DNA of 63,341 nt, filler included, from Octopus bimaculoides (lineage: Eukaryota): NCBI RefSeq assembly GCF_001194135.2. It is 4 parts of 4 records of this genome, joined end to end, with 100 filler letters (N's around TTAATTAATTAA, not from the genome) between each part and the next. Parts side by side here need not be neighbours in the genome. Positions count along the whole stretch, not along the records: positions 34,155 to 43,881 come from NC_068981.1; positions 43,982 to 63,341 come from NW_026349933.1; 2 more parts are not named here. One strand, written 5' to 3'. Positions 38,690 to 49,900 of the stretch are shown in pieces (the first letter of the stretch is position 1; every line of letters starts with the position of its first letter). The notes beneath the pieces are model-generated. The model saw nothing but the letters and a program-made list of their open reading frames with translations. It did no database searches and had not been told where the DNA came from. The position numbers and the translations under genes were made by a program.

Positions 38690-39790
38690 AAAAAGACGGG
38701 CAGATGGAAGCGTCGGGAAACTGGGAAAGTTGGAAGGTGCGTAAGTAACAAGTGGCATCGGGTTCATTATAAGCAAGAATAGGCTTCGAAAATTGTTTCT
38801 TGCCAATTGCCTTCATCATGCATTGGAGTGCTATACATTTGTCTCTCAAGAAATACCACTCTGAAGATCATCCAGACCTAGGCTCCCATAAATAAGAGCG
38901 AAGACGACAAAGTGGAAGAATTCAACCAAAAACTAGAGAAAGCGCGAGCTCACAAATTCATTTACACCATAGTGATAGGAGATTTCAACGCAAAGATTAG
39001 AAAAAAGACGAAAGGGAGAGAAATATGTTATTAAGTTTGGATAATGAAAGAGAAACAAAAGTGGAGAAAGTTTGGTTACCACGGCCTAAACAAGAAGCAA
39101 ACTGGAAGGAGATGGACCTGGATAGCCCCAAATATTCAGCAAAAAAATGAAAGTGACTACATTCTGCTGGAAATCTGAGTAGTAGCGCCATTCATCACGA
39201 GCTGTAATCATCGCTTGCTGCGGGTAAAGATCGTGATAAGTGAAATCAAGGAGAAAAAGGCTCTGCGTATCTGAATGAAGAATCAACTCGTCAATGCCTT
39301 TGATGTGAAACAGTTACAGAAGGTATGAAGAAGGAAATTTGGAGTCAACATGAGTAGCTCAATGACAACACAATTTGCTAGTCTAGGGAATTGAAAGCTG
39401 CCTATGGAAAGCAAAAACCACAAGCCAGCGGGAGCCTGGCGGATGAATCTCGGAAGAGACAAAGAAAATGTAAGAAAAACGGGAAACAGTGAAGAACATG
39501 ACAGATCGCTTCGAATATTCCATTCTTTGCTAAGCGATCAGACAACATCTAAGAAATAACTTCAAAGATTATAGACCGAAGTAATCGATGCAGATTGAAG
39601 AAGAAAAGAAAAGTTTAAAAAGATGCAGGAAAGGGCTGACACTCTAGAGGTGAGAGGCAATGGAGTTTAAGAAGACAGATGGGCTCACGGTGACAAACAA
39701 AGGGGAGATAGGAAAGGTATGCAAAACCTTCTACACCAACCTTTTAAAATCATCAGTGAATCTCGATCCTACACCGCACTTTCACCGTTC
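38690..39790 (+). pseudogene. RTE-like LINE fragment (APE endonuclease and linker)
   Basis: GIGFII; TLKIIQ; TIVIGDFNAKI (~38970); WTWIAP; KVCKTFYTNL. Many stops. Confidence 0.75.
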
Positions 39791-40026
39791 AGGCTACCTG
39801 ATGTCAGCCACCGTCAGGAATTCTGTAGTGTTCGTTGAATTTATAATGAGTGAGGGAAACGAAAAATGGAGTTAGCAAGAATCTTTATTCAACACAAGGA
39901 TCGTTTAGACACGTCCTGCATCTGTTCCTTACGAGTGGGATGTTGCACAGCTGGTTGTGTTGCATCCATCAATGTAGGCTGTGTCTCGTCAGGTGTCCTC
40001 GTTGAAATACGATACTTTGCTACATA

Positions 40027-40422
40027 TTCTTTTATTCTTTTACTTGTATTAGACTTTTAACTGCGGCTATGCTGGAGCACCGCCTTTAGTTGAACAATTC
40101 GAACCCAGTACTTATTCATTGTAAATCTAGTAATTATTCTACCGGTCTCTTTTGCCGGAGAGACGTAAACGCACCAACATTGGTTGTCAAGCGATAGTGG
40201 CGGGGGGAGGGGGAAACAGACGCACAAACATATATCTATGTATTTATCTATCTATATATATATACGACGGGCTTCTTTTAGTTTCCGCGTACCAAATCTA
40301 CTCACAAGGCTTTGGTCGACCCGAGTCTATAGTAGAAGCTACTTGTCCAAGATGCCACGCAGTAGGATTGAACCCAGAACCATGTGGTTGGGAAGCAAGC
40401 GTCTTACCACAATCACGCCTAT
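40027..40422 (-). mobile_element. Full-length SINE family C
   Basis: Collinear with 29221-29642. Confidence 0.85.
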
Positions 40423-41075
40423 GTTGTGGCGGCCCGTTATCACCGGTAGTGGGATCTAGCTATTGTTCACAGTGAATGCATAGCATAAGGTAAAGTAATA
40501 AAAGATAGAGAATAAAACATGACAAAGGAAACGAATTAAAACATAAAATGAAGAAAGATAGATATACACATGTTGACATGAACACACATATAGACATACA
40601 CACACACCTCACTCGATCACCCCGTTAAGGAGATGTCAGTGAATATGGTCATAAACAACCAAGATGGTCATATTAGAGGCAGACAGATAAACGCTATGTC
40701 TCCCTGTTGCACAGCCAGTCAACAGTCGGTTATAGATGACCGGGCCGGCGTATTTAGCGGCGGTTTGGCACACGCACACCCAGATATACAAGTATTTATA
40801 TATATACATAGGCACATACTCATATATATAGACTGAATGATCAGAATGCTTTTAAATTGAGAGATTTATTCTTAATTTTTAATAATTATCTCATTTCTTA
40901 TTTTTTAAAGCTTTTTTTTTTAGAGTGTCTCACAATTGCTGCGAGGAATTTTCTCTTCTTTACTTCCTAAGAGGGAAATTTCTATATATTAATTACTTGC
41001 AATGAACAGCATTCACTGTTTTAGGGTTTTAATTAATTACTAGAATTCATATACTTCGCATTATTGAAATATATA

Positions 41076-41109
<34 letters not shown>

Positions 41110-41207
41110 CATAGAAACCGGCTCTTTCTCTATTGGCAAGAAATCTTGAAATAAAGCTGAATAATGACACACACACACACACACATTTATGTATGTGTGT
41201 GTATACA

Positions 41208-41239
<32 letters not shown>

Positions 41240-41562
41240 TATAAATATATATACATACCTACGTATATATATGTATGTATATATGTATGTATGTGGGTGT
41301 GCGTGCATATATTTATGCATGTTGGTGTATATATGTGTGTGAATATGAATGTATACACACACACATGTATAAGAACATGTATACATAAATATTCTTGCTA
41401 CTATTCTAAAGACTAATTAGACCCTATGTATAATTTAGTGAAATTATTTAAATTATTAAATGTATATTTTGTTTTGCTTGCTTTGGGAGTAACACATCTT
41501 AATGTCGAATGTGGGTAATACATGTTCTTAATGTCACTTATAAAAATTCTATTTCATGAACG

Positions 41563-41594
<32 letters not shown>

Positions 41595-42451
41595 NNNNNN
41601 NNNNNNNNNNNNNNNNNNNNNNNNNNNNNNNNNNNNNNNNNNNNNNNNNNNNNNNNNNNNNNNNNNNNNNNNNNNNNNNNNNNNNNNNNNNNNNNNNNNN
41701 NNNNNNNNNNNNNNNNNNNNNNNNNNNNNNNNNNNNNNNNNNNNNNNNNNNNNNNNNNNNNNNNNNNNNNNNNNNNNNNNNNNNNNNNNNNNNNNNNNNN
41801 NNNNNNNNNNNNNNNNNNNNNNNNNNNNNNNNNNNNNNNNNNNNNNNNNNNNNNNNNNNNNNNNNNNNNNNNNNNNNNNNNNNNNNNNNNNNNNNNNNNN
41901 NNNNNNNNNNNNNNTGGAAGCATATTTTAATAAAGATTTTTTCTAACCGGTTTTCATTGCGAAAAAGCAAATTATCAAGAAGAAGGAGAATGAAAATGTT
42001 TTTTTACAAAGAAGTACAAAATGAAGAAAATAACATATAAAACAATAATATATAAAAAAAAAACAATAATATATAAAAAAATAAATATACCCATACATTA
42101 TATTGTCTTTGAGCTTTTGTAGTTCAATAGTAGTTCATGTATAAATTGGTAGGAAAAATAAGGATGCATGAGAGTTGAGAGTTTTGTTAGGTTTTAAAAA
42201 AGGGTTAAAAGTTTGTGTTAAGCAGGAATATATATATATAGATATATATTGACAGAAAAGTCGTCAGAATTTTGGAAATAAAATTCTTTTCATTTCTTCA
42301 TTATTATTAGCGATTTCGTTCCTTTCTCGAACTTGTGAAATAAAATTTTGTGAATGTACAAACAGCTTGTTCATTTATACAAAACATGTTTTTTGAGCGA
42401 TTTTTGTTTAGAAGACAACATTGTTTTTGTTTCTTTTGGGTGGGGTTCAAA

Positions 42452-42782
42452 ACGCATGGCTGAGTGGTTAGATCGTCGGGCTCATAATCATCACCAGTTT
42501 GTGAGTTCAATTCTAAGACCGGACTGTGTATTGTGTTCTTGAGCAAGACTTTATTTTACGTTGCTCCAGTTCACTCAGCTATAGAAATGACTTGTGACAT
42601 CGCTGGTGCCAAGCTGTGTCGGCCTTTGCCTTTCCGTTGGATAACATCAGTGGCGTGAAGAGGGGTGGCATGGTATGCATGGGTGACTGCTGGTCTTCTA
42701 TAAACAACCTTGCCCAGATTTGTGCCTCGGAGAAGAACTTTCTAGGTGCAAACTCATGGTCATTCATGACCGAAGGGTGTCT
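42452..42782 (+). mobile_element. tRNA-derived SINE family D with CORE-like domain
   Basis: A box TGGCTGAGTGG, B box GAGTTCAATTC, GTGTTCTTGAGCAAGACTTT...TTGCTCCAGTTCACTCAGCT and 3' CATGACCGAAGGGTGTC. Confidence 0.7.
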
Positions 42783-43314
42783 GTACATACATAGAATACG
42801 TGCATACATACACACAGATATAATCTTATATACGTTTATTATTTATTTTTCCAGGTACGTGACAACATGAAAAACGAGGCTCCAAATGAGGACACGATTC
42901 CTGCAGATGAACGAGTAAACAAAAATTGCTCCACGAAGTTTTAATAATGTTCCAGATTTTTGTTTAAACTACATCAGCAGTTAAAGATATTAATTTTAAA
43001 GTCTAATTCCTATTTTAATATACAGTTATAACAATTATAAACTACAGCCACGTCCAATAATTAAAATTACAAATTAACGCTTCATTAATACGTCTTCACT
43101 TCTTGGTAATACGTGATCGTTAACTATAAGATATAAGGCAAATATTTGAAGTAAAACAGAGAAACCCACATATTTAACCATTTATACTTCATCGAATAAA
43201 CTCATCGGTAACATTAAATCGTATTCCAATGAATTCAATCTTGAATCAAAATAACTGGAAAGTGAACTTTAATAAAATATTCTTCCTAATTTTTATTAGC
43301 TAGCAGGGAAATGG

Positions 43315-43612
43315 GGAGGCGCAATGGCCCAGTGGTTAGGGCAGTGGACTCGCGGTCGGAGGATCGCGGTTTCAATTCCCAGACCGGGTGATGTATGTGT
43401 TTATTGAGCGAAAACACCTAAAGCTCTACAACGCTCCGCAAGGGGGTGGTGGCGACCCCTCTTGTACTCTTTCGCCTCAACTTTCTGTCGCTCTTTCTTA
43501 CTGTCTCTTGAGTAGCGCTGCGATGGACTGGCGCCCCGTCCATCTGGGGAACACATACGCCATAGAAATCGGGAAACCGGGCCCATGAGCCTGGCTAGGC
43601 TTTAAAAGAGCG
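43315..43612 (+). mobile_element. SINE with family B head and a different 3' half
   Basis: GGAGGCGCAATGGCCCAGTGGTTAGGGCAG... matches family B to about ACTCTTTC, then diverges (GATGGACTGGCGCCCCGTCC...GGCTAGGCTTTAAAAGAGC). Confidence 0.8.
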
Positions 43613-43881
43613 GAAAAAAGCAAGGAAATGGCGATTCACATGATATCTACTATAAATCCCTCTCTGTCTCTCACACTCTCTTTTCTGTCTGTTTCTGTCT
43701 CTGTCTCTCACTCCTTATCTATCTTCTTGTCTGTCTGTCTGTCGATCTATCTATCTACACACGCACATATTGCGATATGATGTATATATATGTATATATT
43801 TATACATATGTAATAGATGTATATATATACACGCATATATGAATATATATACTTATATATATATATATACATATATTGTTT

Positions 43882-43981
43882 NNNNNNNNNNNNNNNNNNN
43901 NNNNNNNNNNNNNNNNNNNNNNNNNTTAATTAATTAANNNNNNNNNNNNNNNNNNNNNNNNNNNNNNNNNNNNNNNNNNNN
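43882..43981. other. Artificial scaffold-join spacer
   Basis: 44N-TTAATTAATTAA-44N. Confidence 0.9.
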
Positions 43982-46900
43982 CTCCTCTGTCTTGCTCTTC
44001 TCTGTCTCTCTCTCCCTCTTCCCTCTCCCTCCCTCTTCTCTCTCGCCCTCTCCTCTCTCTCGCTCCTCTCGCTCCCCTCTCTCTCGCAATTCTGTCTCTC
44101 TCTCGCTCCTCTCTCTCACTCGTCTCTCTCTCGCTCGTCACTCTCTCGCTAGTCTCTCTCTCGCTCGTCTCTCTCTCGCTCCTCTCTCTCTCGCTCCTCT
44201 CTCTCCCAATCCACTCTCTCTCTCTCACTCTCTCTGTCTCCCTCTCACGCTCTCTCTCAGACTCTCTCTCTATCTCAGACTCTCTCTCTCTCGCTCCACT
44301 CTCTCACTCTCTCGCTCCTCCATCACTCGCTCTTCTCTCTCTCTCTCGCTCCTCTCTTTCTCTCGCTATTTACTCTCTCTTGCTCCAACCTCTCTCTCAC
44401 TCCTCTCTCTCCTTTGCTCGTCTCTCTCTCTCTCTCTCGCTATTCTGTTTCTCTCTCGCTCCTCTCTCTCTGGCTCCACACTCTCTCTCGCTATTCTGTT
44501 TCTCTCTCGCTCCTCTCTCTCTCGCTCCACACTCTCTCTCGCTCCTCTCTTTCCTTAGCTCCTCACTCTCTCGCTCCTCTTTCTCTCTCTGGCTCCTCTT
44601 TCTTTCTCTCGCTCCTCTCTCTCTTTTCATTCTGTCTTGCTCCTCTCCCTCTTCCTTCTCACTCTCTTGCTCCTATCTCGTTCCTCTCTCTCGCCCTATT
44701 CACTCTTATCGTTCCTCTCTCTCTGTCTCGCTCCTCTCACTCTCGCTCTTTTCTCTCTCTCGCTCCGCACTCTCTCTCATTCCTCTATCTCCCTTGCTCC
44801 TATCTCTCTCTCGCTATTTTGTTTCTCTCTCNNNNNNNNNNNNNNNNNNNNNNNNNNNNNNNNNNNNNNNNNNNNNNNNNNNNNNNNNNNNNNNNNNNNN
44901 NNNNNNNNNNNNNNNNNNNNNNNNNNNNNNNNNNNNNNNNNNNNNNNNNNNNNNNNNNNNNNNNNNNNNNNNNNNNNNNNNNNNNNNNNNNNNNNNNNNN
45001 NNNNNNNNNNNNNNNNNNNNNNNNNNNNNNNNNNNNNNNNNNNNNNNNNNNNNNNNNNNNNNNNNNNNNNNNNNNNNNNNNNNNNNNNNNNNNNNNNNNN
45101 NNNNNNNNNNNNNNNNNNNNNNNNNNNNNNNNNNNNNNNNNNNNNNNNNNNNNNNNNNNNNNNNNNNNNNNNNNNNNNNNNNNNNNNNNNNNNNNNNNNN
45201 NNNNNNNNNNNNNNNNNNNNNNNNNNNNNNNNNNNNNNNNNNNNNNNNNNNNNNNNNNNNNNNNNNNNNNNNNNNNNNNNNNNNNNNNNNNNNNNNNNNN
45301 NNNNNNNNNNNNNNNNNNNNNNNNNNNNNNNNNNNNNNNNNNNNNNNNNNNNNNNNNNNNNNNNNNNNNNNNNNNNNNNNNNNNNNNNNNNNNNNNNNNN
45401 NNNNNNNNNNNNNNNNNGTAAATAACGGAAACTAGCGGAAACAAACGGGAACTAAAGGAAACCTACGAAAACTAACGGAAATAAACGGAAATAACAGAAA
45501 GTAACGGATACTAACAGAAAGTAAAGGAAACTAACGGGAATTAACGGAAACTATCGGAAAGTAACGCAAACTAACGGAAACTATCGGAAAGTAACGGAAA
45601 CTAATGGAAACTAACGGAAACTAACGGGAACTAACGGAAAGTAACGAAACTAACGGAAACGAACATAGATTAACGGAAAGTAACGGAAACGAACGGATAC
45701 TAACGGAAATAACGAAAACTACAGGAACCAACGGAAACTAACGGAAATCAACGAAAATAACAGAAACTAACGGAAAGTAACGGATACTAACGGAAACTAA
45801 CATAAAAAGTAACAGAAACTGACGCAAACTTACGGTAAGTAACGGAAATTAACGGAAACTAACGGGAATTAACGGAATGTAACGGAATCTAACGGAAACT
45901 AACGGAAACTAGCAGAAAGTAACGGAAAGTAACGGAAATTAACTGAAACTATCGGAAAGTAACGGAAACTAACGGAAACTAGCGGACACTAAGGAAAAGT
46001 AACGGAAACTAACGGAAACTAACGGAAGGTAACGGAAAGTAAGGGAAAAAACGGAAAGCAACTGAAACTAACCTAAATAACGGAAACTAGCGGAAACAAA
46101 CGGGAACTAAAGGAAACCTACGAAAACTAACGGAAATAAACGGAAATAACGGAAATAACACAAAGTAACGGATACTAACAGAAAGTAAAGGAAACTAACG
46201 GGAATTAACGGAAACTAACGGAAAGTAACGGAAATTAACGGAAACTATCGGAAAGTAACGCAAACTAACGGAAACTATCGGAAAGTAACGGAAACTAATG
46301 GAAACTAACGGAAACTAACGGGAACTAACGGAAAGTAACGAAACTAACGGAAACGAACATAAATTAACGGAAAGTAACGGAAACGAACGGATACTAACGG
46401 AAATAACGAAAACTACAGGAACCAACGGAAACTAACGGAAACCAACGAAAATAACAGAAACTAACGGAAAGTAACGGATACTAACGGGAACTAACATAAA
46501 AAGTAACAGAAACTGACGCAAACTTACGGAAACTAATGGAAACTAACGGAAAGTAACGGAAATTAACGAAAATAACGGGATCTAATGGAAAGCAACGGAA
46601 AGTAACGGAAAGTAACGGAAAGTAACGGGAACTAACGGTAAGTAACGGAAATTAACGGAAACTAACGGGAATTAACGGAAAGTATCGGTAACTAACGGAA
46701 ACTCACGGAAATTAACGGAATGTAACGGAATCTAACGGAAACTAACGGAGATTAACGGAAACTAACGGAAACTAGCAGAAAGTAACGGAAAGTAACGGAA
46801 AGTAACTCTTTGTCGCCCTCTCTGTCTCTCTCTCAGTCTCTCTCTGTTTCCCTCAATCTCAGTCTCTCTGTCCCTGTCTCTGTCTCTGTCTGTCTGTATT

Positions 46901-49900
46901 TCTTTCACTCTGTCTCCCTCTCCAAAGAGATGGATGTACGTACGTGCCTAAGTTAATATGTATGCTCCTCTGTCTTGCTCTTCTCTCTTTCGCTACACTC
47001 TCTCTCTCCCTCTTCTCTCTCTCTCCCTCTTCTCTCTCTCTCTCCCTCTTCTCTCTCTCCCTCTTCCCTCTCTCTCCCTCTTCTCTCTCGCCCTCTCCTC
47101 TCTCTCGCTCCTCTCGCTCCCCTCTCTCACTCGCAATTCTGTCTCTCCCTCGCTTCTCTCTCTCTCTCGCTCGTCTCTCTCTCGCTCATCTCTCTCTCTC
47201 TCGCTCCTCTCTCTCTCTCGCTCCTCTCTCTCCCAATCCACTCTCTCTCTCACTCTCTCTGTCTCTCTCTCACACTCTCTCTCACACTCTCTCTCAGACT
47301 CTCTCTCTATCTCAGACTCTCTCTCGCTCCTCTCTCGCTCTCGCTATTTACTCTCTCTTGCACCACCCTCTCTCTCACTCCTCTCTTCTTTGCTCGTCTC
47401 TCTCTCTCTCTCGCTATTCTGTTTCTCTCTCGCTCCTCTCTCTCTCGCTCCACACTCTCTCTCGCTCCTCTCTTTCCTTAGCTCCTCACTCTCTCGCTCC
47501 TCTTTCTCTCTCTGGCTCCTCTTTCTCTCTCTCGCTCCTCTCTCACTTTTCATTCTCTCTTGCTCCTGTCCCTCTTCCTTCTCACTCTCTTGCTCCTATC
47601 TCGTTCCTCTCTCTCGCCCTATTCACTCTCTATCGTTCCTCTCTCTCTGTCTCGCTCCTCTCACTCTCGCTCTTTTCTCTCTCTCGCTCTGCACTCTCTC
47701 TCATTCCTCTCTCTCCCTTGCTCATATCTCTCTCCCTTGCTCATCTCTCTCTCTCGCTATTCTGTTTCTCTCTCGCTCCTCTCTTTCCCTTGTTCCTCTC
47801 TCTCTCGCTCCTCTCTCCCTCTTTTTTCTCTTGTTTCTCTCCCTCTTCCTCCTCACTCTCTTGCTCCTATTTCTTTCCTCTCTCTATCTTGCTCCTCTCT
47901 CTGTTGCTCCTCTCTCTCTGACTCTCTTACTAATGAAAACTAACGGAAAGTAACGGAAACTAACGAAAGAAACAGAAAGTAACGGAAACTAACGAAAAGT
48001 AACGGAAACTAGCGGAAACTAACGGGAAGTAACGGAAACTAACGGAAATTAACTGAAACTAACGGGAAGTAACGGAAACTAACGGAAGGTAACGGAAAGT
48101 AAGGGGAAAACGGAAACTAACGTAAATAACGGAAACTAGCGGAAACAAACGGGAACTAAAGGAAACCTACGGAAACTAACGGAAACTAACGGAAATAACA
48201 GAAAGTAACGGATACTAACAGAAAGTAAGGGAAACTAACGGGAATTAACGGAAACTAACGGAAAGTAAAGGAAATTAACGGAAACTATCGGAAAGTAACG
48301 CAAACTAACGGAAACTATCGGAAACTAATGGAAACTAACGGAAACTAACGGGAACTAACGGAAAGTAACGAAACTAACGGAAACGAACATAAATTAACGG
48401 AAAGTAACGGAAAGTAACGGATACTAACGGAAACAACGGAAACTAACGGAAACTACAGGAACCAACGGAAACTAACGGAAACTAACGGAAGCCAACGAAA
48501 ATAGCAGAAACTAACGGAAAGTAACGGAAACTAACGGGAACTAACGGAAAGTAACAGAAACTAACGCAAACTTACGGAAACTAACGGAAATTAACGAAAA
48601 TAACGGGATCTAATGGAAAGTAACGGAAACTAACGGTAAGTAACGGAAATAAACGGAAGCTAACGGGAATTAACGGAAAGTATCCGAAACTAACGGAAAC
48701 TCACGGAAACTAACGGAAACTAACGAAAAGTTTCCGTTAGTTTCCGTTACTTTCCGTTGCTTTCCGTTAATTTCCGTTAGTTTCAGTTACTTCCCGTTAG
48801 TTTCCGTTGGTTTCCGTTACTTTACGTCAGTTTCCGTAACTTTCCATAGTTTCCGTTACTTTCCGTTAGTTTTCATTAGTTTCCGTTAGTTTCCGTCATT
48901 TTTCGTTACTTTCCGTTATTTTCCTTCACTTTACGTTAGTTTTCCTTACTTTCCGTTAGTTTTCGTTAGTTTCCGGTAGTTTCCGTGAGTTTTCGTTAGT
49001 TTCCGTTACTTTCCGTTAGTTTACGTTACTTTCCGTTATTTTCCGTTACTGTCCGTCTGTTTCCGTGACTTACGTTAGTTTTCGTTAGTAAGAGCGGTAG
49101 AGAGAGAGGAGCAACTGAGAGAGGAGCAAAAATGAGTAAGAGAGTCTGAGAGAGAGAGAGAGTCTGGGAGAGAGAGAGTCTGTGAGAGAGGGAGAGACAG
49201 AGAGATTGAGAGAGAGAGAGTGGAGTGGGAAAGAGAGGAGCGAGAGAGAGAGGAACGAGAGAGAGATGAGCGAGAGAGAGAGGAACGAGAAAGAGAGGAG
49301 TTTCCGTTATTTTCCGTAAGTTTCCGTTACTTTCCGTTGGTTTCCGTAACTTTCCCTTAGTTTCCGTTACTTTCCGTTATTTTCCGTTACTTTCCGTTAC
49401 TTTCTGTTAATATCCGTTAGTTTCCGTTAGTTTCCGTGAGTTTCCGTTAGTTCCCGTTACTTTCCGTTACTTTCCGTTAGTTTCCGTTAGTTTCCGTTAG
49501 TTTCAGTTACTATCCGTTAGTTTATGTTAGTNNNNNNNNNNNNNNNNNNNNNNNNNNNNNNNNNNNNNNNNNNNNNNNNNNNNNNNNNNNNNNNNNNNNN
49601 NNNNNNNNNNNNNNNNNNNNNNNNNNNNNNNNNNNNNNNNNNNNNNNNNNNNNNNNNNNNNNNNNNNNNNNNNNNNNNNNNNNNNNNNNNNNNNNNNNNN
49701 NNNNNNNNNNNNNNNNNNNNNNNNNNNNNNNNNNNNNNNNNNNNNNNNNNNNNNNNNNNNNNNNNNNNNNNNNNNNNNNNNNNNNNNNNNNNNNNNNNNN
49801 NNNNNNNNNNNNNNNNNNNNNNNNNNNNNNNNNNNNNNNNNNNNNNNNNNNNNNNNNNNNNNNNNNNNNNNNNNNNNNNNNNNNNNNNNNNNNNNNNNNN

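Noticed and set aside
45418-46806. 10-mer array as a telomere or CRISPR-like array
   Set aside because: The reverse strand TTAGTTTCCG lacks G-runs and is not TTAGGG. There are no unique spacers or cas genes, and the context is eukaryotic.
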